A stretch of DNA of 64,000 nt from Verrucomicrobiota bacterium (lineage in GTDB: Bacteria; Verrucomicrobiota; Verrucomicrobiia; Limisphaerales; AAA164-E04). Every line of letters begins with the position of its first letter. The stretch's first letter is position 1. The stretch spans positions 2,592,001 to 2,656,000 of the forward strand of contig CP170459.1 in the NCBI GenBank assembly GCA_047947115.1, in the 5' to 3' direction. Below, piece after piece: positions 10,853 through 19,057 of this stretch. The position numbers and the translations under genes were made by a program. The notes under the pieces were generated by a model, which had not been told where the DNA came from, ran no database searches, and saw nothing but the letters and a program-made list of their open reading frames with translations.

Positions 10853-10939
10853 GCCCGCGTGGCGGAATTGGCAGACGCGCTAGATTCAGGTTCTAGTCCC
10901 AGCAATGGGGTGCAGGTTCAAGTCCTGCCGCGGGCACCA
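10853..10939 (+). tRNA. tRNA-Leu(CAG), long variable arm, CCA encoded
   Basis: Acceptor stem GCCCGCG/CGCGGGC; anticodon stem CTAGA/TCTAG with loop TTCAGGT (CAG at 10887-10889); GGTTCAAGTCC T-arm; ends ACCA. Confidence 0.96.
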
Positions 10940-10943
10940 TCTT
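10913..10943 (+). repeat. att core, left copy (3' end of tRNA-Leu)
   Basis: Identical to 50400-50430. Confidence 0.93.
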
Positions 10944-11159
10944 ATCTCTTTTGTTAACATACTATGCAGGAACAACTTGCGACTGGTTTTCACCTGTCTC
11001 CCGTGATTCTTGCATAACATAGTCATGATTTGTTCTTGGCGACTCTATGTGTTCACCAAAGTTCACCGGTGTCCTTATTGGCTTTCCTGCTAAGCCAGAT
11101 CCGTTAGAATGATCGGCATAGGCAGTCCGTGAAACCACCACCTTGCGAAGGGAACCGAC

Positions 11160-12133
11160 ATGAAATACAACCAACCACTCGGACAAGAAGTATTCCAGCA
11201 ATTTCCAGAACATGAGTGGAATTACGCTGACCTTTACGGCAACGAAACAGAAATTCGGATTGCTACAATTTATGAGTATACCAGGTGTTGTGGCTGGATT
11301 GCGGACAAATATGTTTCATGGCTTGACTCCCCAATTGAAGTTGAAAACTCAGATGCTATAGGCGGTTTATGTGCACGGTCGGATGGACTTTCCACGGCCA
11401 GGAAGCTACTTGCGTCCATCCAGGAATCGGACCCTAATGATCCCCCAAAAAAAAGGATGTTAAGGATCTTTTTCTGGCTCTCACTTTGTGTATGCCAGAA
11501 TGTTTGAAGGGACACTCATTGACCACTCAAATGTTGCATCTCGTGGAGTTCCCATCCCCCTTCATGAAGATCCGTAAGTCATCTTGGTTCCCCACTATCA
11601 ACCAATTTGACAATGCTATTTGTGAATTTATAAACCGGGGCGAATTGTTCAATAAGCCAGAGAAGAATTGGCCAGTAAGTAAGATTCTGAAAGTCCATCA
11701 GGACTTTGAGGAGGTAACAATCGCGATAAACTGGAACAAGAGGGACAAGGCAATTCTTGATGATCTAAAAAGGTGGATTAAAGAATCAAGGCCTATCCCG
11801 GAACCTACTTCACGTAACAGAGAAGCAGGTTACCCATTAAAATCTCTAGCCGCTCAAAGACTCAACCAAGCTTTTAAGCAAAGCCAAGTCAGCCCAATCA
11901 ATATTGCGTCGTGTCTTAAGGAAATTTTCGGAAATGACATCAAATCCAAAGCTGTCCAAGAGTTAGTTCCATATTACGAGGAGCAAGGGGCGGTCAGCCG
12001 TGCGGCCAAAGACTGCTTAAAATATATCCAGGATAGAATCGCATTCTATTGGCAATATGGAGACAGCACTGACACCAAACGAATCGCCATACCTTGGGGC
12101 CCAGACACGCCTTTAAAGGAAATGGACTCCTGA
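11160..12133 (+). pseudogene. Island hypothetical protein (possibly regulatory) split by a -1 frameshift at an A8 run
   Basis: ORFs 11160-11507 and 11486-12133 join into ~324 aa if one A is added in CCCCCAAAAAAAAG (A8 at 11447-11454). Confidence 0.6.
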
Positions 12134-12193
12134 TTTTAACAGCTAAGCAGCCACCTTAGCTGGCAAGACACGCGTTATTAATATGGTTGTGTT

Positions 12194-12472
12194 ATGAAAC
12201 AAATAACACAAATAACGCAACCAAACCCCAAAGAGGCTGTCCCAAACAAGCCAGAATTCATCCGCCTGCCCAAAGGTGGACTCTGTCCATACACCGGTCT
12301 GTCCCGGTCTAAACTAAACCAGCTCATCCTTCCCTGTGAGCAAAATGATTGGAAGCCTCCGGTAAAGTCAGTTTGTCTCCGCCAGCGCGGAGCGGTCAAG
12401 GGCACAAGGTTGATTCTGCTAGAGAGTCTCTTGGACTACCTCTACAAACAGTTGGAGGAGGGTGCAGAATGA
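12194..12472 (+). CDS. AlpA/excisionase-like small DNA-binding protein
   Basis: 92 aa; FIRLP...CPYTGLSRSKLNQLI...RLILLESLLDYL resembles the AlpA/Xis HTH pattern (xTGLSRS); typical position in integrative elements. Confidence 0.7.
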   Translation: MKQITQITQPNPKEAVPNKPEFIRLPKGGLCPYTGLSRSKLNQLILPCEQNDWKPPVKSVCLRQRGAVKGTRLILLESLLDYLYKQLEEGAE

Positions 12473-12642
12473 CTGGGATCGGTTATCAACTCCGCAAGCA
12501 GAGGGTTAGGCGCCCATTAGGTCGGTATACTCTAGTTGCGATTGTTTACTCGCTTGCGAACGATTTTTTGCGCCCGCGAAGAAATGGCGGAAGGGCTAGA
12601 TTTTTCAACCACACCAGAGGCTTCTAGACCTTCCTCTACTAC

Positions 12643-12927
12643 ATGAATTTCTCGGTAAAATTATCGGAAGACCCTGATAAAAATACGGGTCGTAATTATT
12701 CCTGCTCAAATGCTGATCCCGCCGCAAGCGTTTCTTGCTGGAAGTCCGCTCCCGGCGAAACCAAGCTCCAAGTGCGCGACCCGAAATCGGCAAAAAAGGT
12801 CTCGCGGATCCGTTCAGCCAAACTGAGCGGTTTTAATGTAGCTGGCCCGTATCTACGCCTCTTTACCCTCCCTTGGCCCTTAAGACGCACCCGTGACTGG
12901 GTGAAACGGAATTTAAGGCACCTATAG
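12643..12927 (+). CDS. Small basic hypothetical protein of the island backbone
   Basis: 94 aa, co-oriented within the AlpA-to-PolA gene run; no recognisable motif. Confidence 0.45.
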   Translation: MNFSVKLSEDPDKNTGRNYSCSNADPAASVSCWKSAPGETKLQVRDPKSAKKVSRIRSAKLSGFNVAGPYLRLFTLPWPLRRTRDWVKRNLRHL

Positions 12928-13052
12928 AGGCCTTTTTTGCAAAGAATTTCCGTTCTGGGGGAGTTTGTTTCCGCTGCAAGGTGACGACAGCGGGAAGGCT
13001 TCTCAAGGGCGTTAGAAACCAAATAAAACAACAAAATCGTCACCACCATAAT

Positions 13053-13679
13053 ATGATCATGAAAACCGAATCGATACAGGAGGCGCCAGACGCCATCGAA
13101 ACCAATCTCAACCCATTCGCCAACCTTGACGCGTTCAAGGTCGGGCAGGACTTCAACGAGTTTGAAACAGCCGTTGACTACTCGGTTATACCGTTGCGTA
13201 AACCGGGCAAGCAACAGTGGTTCAGGGTTCACGCCGAACTCAAGCTAGACAATGTTTGCTTCCTTGAAGTGGAACAGGATGAGGGATCGCCCGAAAGCTT
13301 CCTTCTGACAAACAGTGTCGCACTACAACTCAGGGAGCTGCCCGGGATTTCCAAAAGGGGCCTGCGTCTCTGTGTTTGCCGGCCCAACAATGCGCCATTT
13401 GTTTGGGCAATAAAATTACCTAAGGGAACTGGGACCAAGCATGACGATTGGGGGCGTTCAGCTTTAGATGCAGCCAATATAGCGGAATCGAAATGGATCC
13501 GGATGAACGCTGACATGCAGTTGGGTGCCTACAAGCTCTTCAACTCAAAGGCGAGTTGGGAGGAGCCTGTTTGGCCAGCGCTTGATATCACGGAAATATT
13601 GAAACGGTCAATTGGTGAACAACACATCATCTCATCAGTCGACCACCCGGCCGTCCGGCAATTACAAGGGCTCGAATAA
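13053..13679 (+). CDS. Hypothetical protein coupled to PolA (candidate ssDNA-binding/accessory factor)
   Basis: ~208 aa, aromatic-rich (RKPGKQQWFRVH, PFVWAIKLP, WIRM, PVWP); stop overlaps the polA start (TAATG). Function inferred from position only. Confidence 0.75.
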   Translation: MIMKTESIQEAPDAIETNLNPFANLDAFKVGQDFNEFETAVDYSVIPLRKPGKQQWFRVHAELKLDNVCFLEVEQDEGSPESFLLTNSVALQLRELPGISKRGLRLCVCRPNNAPFVWAIKLPKGTGTKHDDWGRSALDAANIAESKWIRMNADMQLGAYKLFNSKASWEEPVWPALDITEILKRSIGEQHIISSVDHPAVRQLQGLE

Positions 13680-15418
13680 TGAGAACGCTCAGCCAGTTCG
13701 AGGAAATTTGGGTCGTCGATTTCGAATTCCGCTCTACCGATGGCGAACTACCATCTGTCCACTGCATGGTGGCGAGGGAATGCAGAACAGACCGGCTCAT
13801 TAGGGTCAGTTTCGAGGAACTTTCTTTGATGAAGGAAGCCCCTTTCGACACAGGCCCCCATTCGCTCTTCGTGGCATTTTATGCACCTGCGGAGTTTGGT
13901 TGTTTCCTCGAACTGGGCTGGGATCTCCCGACTAACACCCTCGACCTCTACGTCGAATTCCGATTACTGCTATGCGGAACAAGCGCAGAAAAAAAATTCG
14001 GACTGGTGGCCGCTCTCAACCATTTCAATTTGGCACAACTCATCCCAAGTGAAAAACAGGAATGGCGTGAGTTGGCAATGCGTGGTGGGCCGTTTTCCGA
14101 AAGCGAACGGGACGGCCTGTTGGAGTATTGCCAGCAAGATGTAGATGCCACAACGTTCCTGCTCCGCTCGATGGCGAAGCACATCCACACTCCACACGCG
14201 CTGATCCGTGGTCGTTACATGCAATCGGTCGCCCGGATGGAGCAAAATGGAATCCCCCTCGACACCTGTCTACTCGCGGAGCTCACTGGGAAGTGGGACG
14301 ATATCAAGACCGCATTGATTGATATGACGGACAGTTACAACGTGTATACCGATGGAGCATTCTCTGAAAAACAATTCGAGAGGTTGCTTGCGAACCAACG
14401 TATAGCGTGGCCTCGGCTCCCATCAGGGCGTTTAGAGCTGACAGACGATGTCTTCCGGAAGCAAGCTCAGGCTCATCCTGATGTGATTGCACCGTATCAT
14501 GAACTACGCGCCTCCCTGAGCCGCTTAAAATTGTCTAGTCTCAGTGTTGGCCCCGACGGCCGCAACAGGACCATGCTGTCCCCGTTCCGCTCCGACACGA
14601 GCCGCAACCAGCCCAGCAATTCCAAATTCATATTTGGACCGTCGACTTGGATCCGCGGTCTGATCAAGCCACCTCCAGACAGATTCATAGCTTACATTGA
14701 CTGGAGCCAGCAGGAGTTGGGTATTGCTGCGGCACTATCCGGGGACAAGAAAATGATGGAGGCTTATCTGTCGGGGGATCCCTATTTGAGATTTGCACAA
14801 ATGGCAGGTGCCGTCCCTGATCATGCAACCAAACAAACTCACCCGGCGGAGAGGGCCGCTTACAAGGTATGCATGCTGGCTGTGCAGTATGGAATGGGCT
14901 CGAATTCATTATCCCAACAGTTGGGCAAAACTCGTCATGACGCAAACCGTCTCCTGCAAGCCCACAAGGATACATTCCCTGACTACTGGAGGTGGAACCG
15001 AAGGATACTCGACCAAGGATTCGGCAGCGGGCAGCTAAAAACGACATTTGGCTGGCAGCGGTTTGTAGCTTCTGACGCCAAACCAGCGAGCGTAGGAAAC
15101 TTCCCGGTTCAAGGGAACGGTGCCGAGATGTTACGGCTGGCGATCATCAAAATGCATGAAGCGGGAATTCAGGTTGCAGCCCCTATCCACGATGCTGTTC
15201 TGGTTGAAGGCTCCTGTGAGAACATTCAGGAGATTGTATCCACAACTCAGCTATGTATGCGGGAAGCTTCCACCATTATCCTGAATGGATTCGAGTTGGA
15301 ATCTGACGTCAAGGTGGTGACATACCCGGATAGGTATATGGACGAAGACAGGGGTGTCCAATTCTGGAACAACGTCATGAGTCTAATCGGTAGGGAGGAG
15401 TGTCACTACCAACTCTAG
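13679..15418 (+). CDS. Family A DNA polymerase, phage/MGE type (3'-5' exonuclease + polymerase, no 5' nuclease)
   Basis: ExoI VVDFEF; ExoIII YCQQD; motif A IDWSQQEL; motif B RAAYKVCMLAVQYG; NFPVQGNGAE; motif C PIHDAV; 579 aa. Confidence 0.92.
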   Translation: MRTLSQFEEIWVVDFEFRSTDGELPSVHCMVARECRTDRLIRVSFEELSLMKEAPFDTGPHSLFVAFYAPAEFGCFLELGWDLPTNTLDLYVEFRLLLCGTSAEKKFGLVAALNHFNLAQLIPSEKQEWRELAMRGGPFSESERDGLLEYCQQDVDATTFLLRSMAKHIHTPHALIRGRYMQSVARMEQNGIPLDTCLLAELTGKWDDIKTALIDMTDSYNVYTDGAFSEKQFERLLANQRIAWPRLPSGRLELTDDVFRKQAQAHPDVIAPYHELRASLSRLKLSSLSVGPDGRNRTMLSPFRSDTSRNQPSNSKFIFGPSTWIRGLIKPPPDRFIAYIDWSQQELGIAAALSGDKKMMEAYLSGDPYLRFAQMAGAVPDHATKQTHPAERAAYKVCMLAVQYGMGSNSLSQQLGKTRHDANRLLQAHKDTFPDYWRWNRRILDQGFGSGQLKTTFGWQRFVASDAKPASVGNFPVQGNGAEMLRLAIIKMHEAGIQVAAPIHDAVLVEGSCENIQEIVSTTQLCMREASTIILNGFELESDVKVVTYPDRYMDEDRGVQFWNNVMSLIGREECHYQL

Positions 15419-15424
15419 CCCCAT

Positions 15425-15573
15425 AGAAAATTATTAATAGACCACTAGGATATCATAACAAGATTATAATAAGAAGGGGACGGGTCGACAAAAAAGCAGA
15501 GGTTAGGCGACAAAAGCGCAGAGGTTACACGACAAAATGGCAGAGGTTGCACGACAAAATAGCGGAGGTTGTG
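15425..15573. promoter_or_regulatory. Putative iteron-type replication origin: AT-rich tract plus four 22-bp direct repeats
   Basis: Units at 15486, 15508, 15530, 15552: CGACAAAAAAGCAGAGGTTAGG / CGACAAAAGCGCAGAGGTTACA / CGACAAAATGGCAGAGGTTGCA / CGACAAAATAGCGGAGGTTGTG; AT-rich 15425-15475 immediately upstream. Confidence 0.72.
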
Positions 15574-15596
15574 GCGGGTTCGACGTCGGGGATTTG

Positions 15597-15935
15597 ATGA
15601 TGGAGGAACGAGTGACATTGGACGAACCCAAGACGTCCCCCACTTCAAAGGGCTCGAAAAGGCCGCAGCAACGGCCGTTCATTAAGGGGCCAATTGATTT
15701 GGAGTGGATGCAGGAGGCGTGCAAGGCAAATGCTGCCCCCATGGCTCTCTATCTCCAATACAAGCAGGGGATTTTGGGGAAAGGCGCAAGGATTCAAATC
15801 CGTCCTTCCGAGTGCAGGGAATTCGGAATGAACGATAGGGCCCGACAACGCCAAATTGACAGCCTCGCCTCTGTGGGCTTGATCGTGGCGGACAGAGGCA
15901 ATGGCCGCTGCCCGGTTGTGGAAGTGATTACCTAA
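15597..15935 (+). CDS. Winged helix-turn-helix protein, candidate iteron-binding initiator
   Basis: PFIKGPIDLEW...FGMNDRARQRQIDSLASVGLIVADRGNGRCPVVEVI fits an HTH plus beta-wing; start ATG 15597 or GTG 15612 (after GGAGG). Confidence 0.65.
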   Translation: MMEERVTLDEPKTSPTSKGSKRPQQRPFIKGPIDLEWMQEACKANAAPMALYLQYKQGILGKGARIQIRPSECREFGMNDRARQRQIDSLASVGLIVADRGNGRCPVVEVIT

Positions 15936-16073
15936 GAGGGTGGTTGATTGAACCTGTCGCCCAGCCAAAAGAGCCACTATTTAAGTTCCCGCATTCTAGA
16001 TGGTTAGCAATATAACGAACAACGAGCCAACGACACATGGCACAGTCTTGTTGGGACAGGCGGTTTCCTAAAA

Positions 16074-16101
16074 ATTTAACGCGTATACGTTAATGTTAAG
16101 G
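16074..16101. other. dif/Xer-like 11-6-11 recombination site candidate
   Basis: ATTTAACGCGT-ATACGT-TAATGTTAAGG; arms resemble TTATGTTAAAT in inverted orientation with 28-bp geometry; just downstream of a tyrosine recombinase. Confidence 0.35.
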
Positions 16102-16138
16102 TTCATAAAAACGAAGACTTTCACTTGGGTTTCAGCGC

Positions 16139-16768
16139 TCAACCCCACAACCCCTCAAACCGCGCTGCAGCTACCCGGGTATAATGGGCCGTATGTTTAG
16201 GGTCTCTGTGCCCCAAATAATCCTGTATCAGCCGCAGGTCGTAGCCCTGATTGGCTAGGTAGAAACCACAAGAGTGGCGAAGCGTATGAGGGTGGACATT
16301 CGCAAGCCCAGCTTGCTCTGCCGCTCGGGCAACGATGTAGTTGACCGACTGCCTCGTCAGAGGCTGGTCACGTTCACTCAGGAACAGCCACGGTAATCCA
16401 CTGGTCCGCTTTGCCAAGTATCGCTTGATAGCCCGCAACTCGTCCCCGGGAATAGGCTGCTCCACGGATAATCCGTTTTTGAGTCGTTTGACCCACAATC
16501 TAGCCCGCTTCAGCTTAACGTCGGAAACTCGCATGGATACGGCTTCACTGACACGTAGACCGTGGCGGTAAACCATCATCAGCAACAGGAAATCTCTTGT
16601 TCCGTGACGACCTGCCTTTGCCGCAGCCAGCAGTTGGTCCATTTCGGTTTGATCGAGGTAATCCTTGTTCCGGCTGCGCTGGTCAGCAGGGAGCGTTGAC
16701 TCACTCTTTACATTTCGCCTTTTGGCAAGCCTCTTCGGCCTGGCCTTAACTTGTTCGTTCTCAGTCAT
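16139..16768 (-). CDS. FimB/FimE-like tyrosine recombinase (catalytic domain only; probable resolvase)
   Basis: HGLRVSE (R), RLKNG (K), HTLRH, LGHRD, HYT: complete catalytic set; 209 aa. Confidence 0.9.
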   Translation of the reverse strand: MTENEQVKARPKRLAKRRNVKSESTLPADQRSRNKDYLDQTEMDQLLAAAKAGRHGTRDFLLLMMVYRHGLRVSEAVSMRVSDVKLKRARLWVKRLKNGLSVEQPIPGDELRAIKRYLAKRTSGLPWLFLSERDQPLTRQSVNYIVARAAEQAGLANVHPHTLRHSCGFYLANQGYDLRLIQDYLGHRDPKHTAHYTRVAAARFEGLWG

Positions 16769-16899
16769 GGGAATGACCTGACTTTAAACCTTTTGAGCTA
16801 TTTGTAAAAAGTTATCTCCAATAAAATGCTGATTTCGGAGGGAGGGGGGGGCGTCTGGCTGAGTTAAACATGCAGAAGAGGCTTCGGGTCCCATCAGCC

Positions 16900-17299
16900 A
16901 CTTTTAATGAGTTTGAAAAACTCATTACCTCCCCCCACTCCGAGCTGAATAGTGGCGGCAAGAATGAAGAATGCCAAATCAATTCAAGCCCAGATGATAT
17001 GCATGGCTCACAATTTAAGTCTACTCATGGAAAATACCTTGGAACGGGATCATGGCGTAGTCAACGAAGCGGAGGAAAAACGTCGTGAAGACCGGTTGAA
17101 GAAAATGAAAAAGGTGGCTAAAGCGGCGGGCCGTCAATGGTCCAATGTGTATGATCGCGTCCGAAGGTTCACTAAACGAAGTCTGAAATTCTTCCGCACT
17201 CTGAGGGCCTATTTCTTCTTAGTCTCCTAGACGTCGCAAATGGCGGCCCGTCTTCGGCAACTCTACGCAGAGTTATGACCTGAATGTTTCACAACGATC
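16900..17299 (+). pseudogene. Degraded C-terminal remnant of an IS4-like transposase with element end
   Basis: AKSIQAQMICMAHNL...TKRSLKFFRTLR followed by an internal stop; abuts the IS21 end fragment at 17300. Confidence 0.55.
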
Positions 17300-17435
17300 T
17301 CAACAAGCACCCTTCTTCTTATGTCATTCCATTGTTCCATATCGGCATACATGCTCCTTTCTTAGCATGATGCCGCACTTTTCGACTGTCACTTTCCTGA
17401 CCCCGACCCGCCGCACTTCTCGACTGGCGCCCACA
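17300..17435 (-). mobile_element. Truncated IS21 left end (IRL and first codons of istA)
   Basis: 134/136 identical to 47603-47738, same orientation. Confidence 0.9.
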
Positions 17436-17466
17436 TCTAAAAAAAAGAAAGAAATCAGCTCCATCA

Positions 17467-18984
17467 TTAAGGAGACTTCAACAGGGTAAACTTGAAAAAG
17501 CTGTGTTCCGATGGGAGTGGAATCACAAGGGGACTCGCTACTTGATCAATCAGGGTATAGGGTCCAGAAATTTGCTTCGCCCCATAAAGAAGGATTTTGC
17601 CAAGCCATGATACCACTACATGCTGGTTAATTTCCCCTGGAACTTCAGCTAAGCGAATGGTCACAGGGCTGTGCTCGTCCTCAGCCGGATTTACGATATG
17701 GACTTGAAAACGTTCCTCGTAATGCATGCCTTCGGCCTCTTGCGCAGTCACAAGAATCTCTACGATGCCGGTTTTGCCCTGTGTAGGTTGGATAAGCAAT
17801 CTGCGTTGAGCCTCATTTCCGATGAACGCGAGTCCGGAGTTCGGAATCACTTCTTCATAATTGGAGGAAGCGGCCAGTATCAATTGCGCCGCATCCGTAT
17901 GCGTATCTTCAAGTGTCAATAAAACTTCGATGGGCTCTCCCACTGGACTTATAAAATCGGCAATGGGACCGATTGAAGGAGCATTTGGTATGGCCTTAGT
18001 GAGCTCTGAGTCCTCCCGTTCTAGGTCACTCCTGAAACTGAGCAACCTGCCTTGGTTCTCAGCGCCAGGAATGGGTGAAATTGCCAACGAAAAGTCGTCG
18101 GATAACGCGAACATATCTGAATCAAGGCTAGTCTGTTCCTCGTGAAGAATCGTTCCTTTCAAACTGTCGTCATCAGCGGTAAACGGCGGCTCCGTATCTG
18201 GGGATACGCTCAAAGGATCGGTGAAATCCTCATCCTGATCGGAAAACTCCCTTTGCTTATCATCGTTTGGCAGTCTTGGGCCCTCTGTAGCTTCCGTTTG
18301 CTTCTGCGCGGCTTCTTCGGTCCAGTCGATGCTCAGGGGGCGGTAGTTCGCCTTCACCGGTTTGACTATCGAGGGTATCAAATCGTCGTCCTGATCCGAT
18401 AAAGCATAAGGTTCGGGCGCTCTGGAAAGGCTTTTTGTCTTATTAGGGGAGGGCGGAGGTTCAACCAAATCCTTATCCACATCCTCAGTGCTTCCATTGG
18501 AAGCATACGTAAAGATTAGGTCGCCAATTTTTTCGACGCTGAATTCGTCGCCTTGGATTAGGAAACTGATTCGCGTTTCTCCCGGGGTCCAATCTGGATG
18601 TCTTACCCAGACACTGCTTATATCAAAGTCTAGGTTTTGCTTGGGTCCCACTGCCGTGAACTCCACATACTCCCGCGCGACATGCGCCTGGGAATTTTCG
18701 GACACAGAATAAGCGTGGGTTTCCAGCTCTATTCTGTGGTTGCCTTCAAGGTTTCCCCGCGCTTGAAATCGAATGGATTTGAACTGCAAAATATCACGAG
18801 GAACCGTCAAGGTGAATGTTGCTGTCTTCTTCCTTTCCGTTCTCCCGTCCCTCACAGGCGAGACCTTGATTTCCTTGATGGCGTCAGCTGTCGCAATGGT
18901 GGATATCGACATGCTTGCTGCCAACAAGGTAGCAAAGGGGGCGCAGCATTTTACCGTTGACCGTTGATTATAGAATATATTCAT
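17467..18984 (-). CDS. Secreted protein with acidic low-complexity linker and C-terminal Ig-like + sorting-like domain
   Basis: Signal-like N-terminus; D/E/P-rich middle; last ~171 aa align without gaps to the C-terminus of 25915-36273; start ATG 18984 or TTG/ATG upstream. Confidence 0.75.
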   Translation of the reverse strand: MNIFYNQRSTVKCCAPFATLLAASMSISTIATADAIKEIKVSPVRDGRTERKKTATFTLTVPRDILQFKSIRFQARGNLEGNHRIELETHAYSVSENSQAHVAREYVEFTAVGPKQNLDFDISSVWVRHPDWTPGETRISFLIQGDEFSVEKIGDLIFTYASNGSTEDVDKDLVEPPPSPNKTKSLSRAPEPYALSDQDDDLIPSIVKPVKANYRPLSIDWTEEAAQKQTEATEGPRLPNDDKQREFSDQDEDFTDPLSVSPDTEPPFTADDDSLKGTILHEEQTSLDSDMFALSDDFSLAISPIPGAENQGRLLSFRSDLEREDSELTKAIPNAPSIGPIADFISPVGEPIEVLLTLEDTHTDAAQLILAASSNYEEVIPNSGLAFIGNEAQRRLLIQPTQGKTGIVEILVTAQEAEGMHYEERFQVHIVNPAEDEHSPVTIRLAEVPGEINQHVVVSWLGKILLYGAKQISGPYTLIDQVASPLVIPLPSEHSFFKFTLLKSP

Positions 18985-19057
18985 TGTAATCCATCTCGCG
19001 TTTGCACAAACCTTACAAAGTTGAAAAACCCATAGCAACCTTATTTCCGATTACTTA

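Noticed and set aside
15486..15573. CRISPR array
   Set aside because: Repeats are contiguous 22-mers with no spacers, and no cas genes are present.
16139..16768. fim-type invertible promoter switch
   Set aside because: I found no perfect short inverted-repeat pair flanking a promoter-sized segment nearby.
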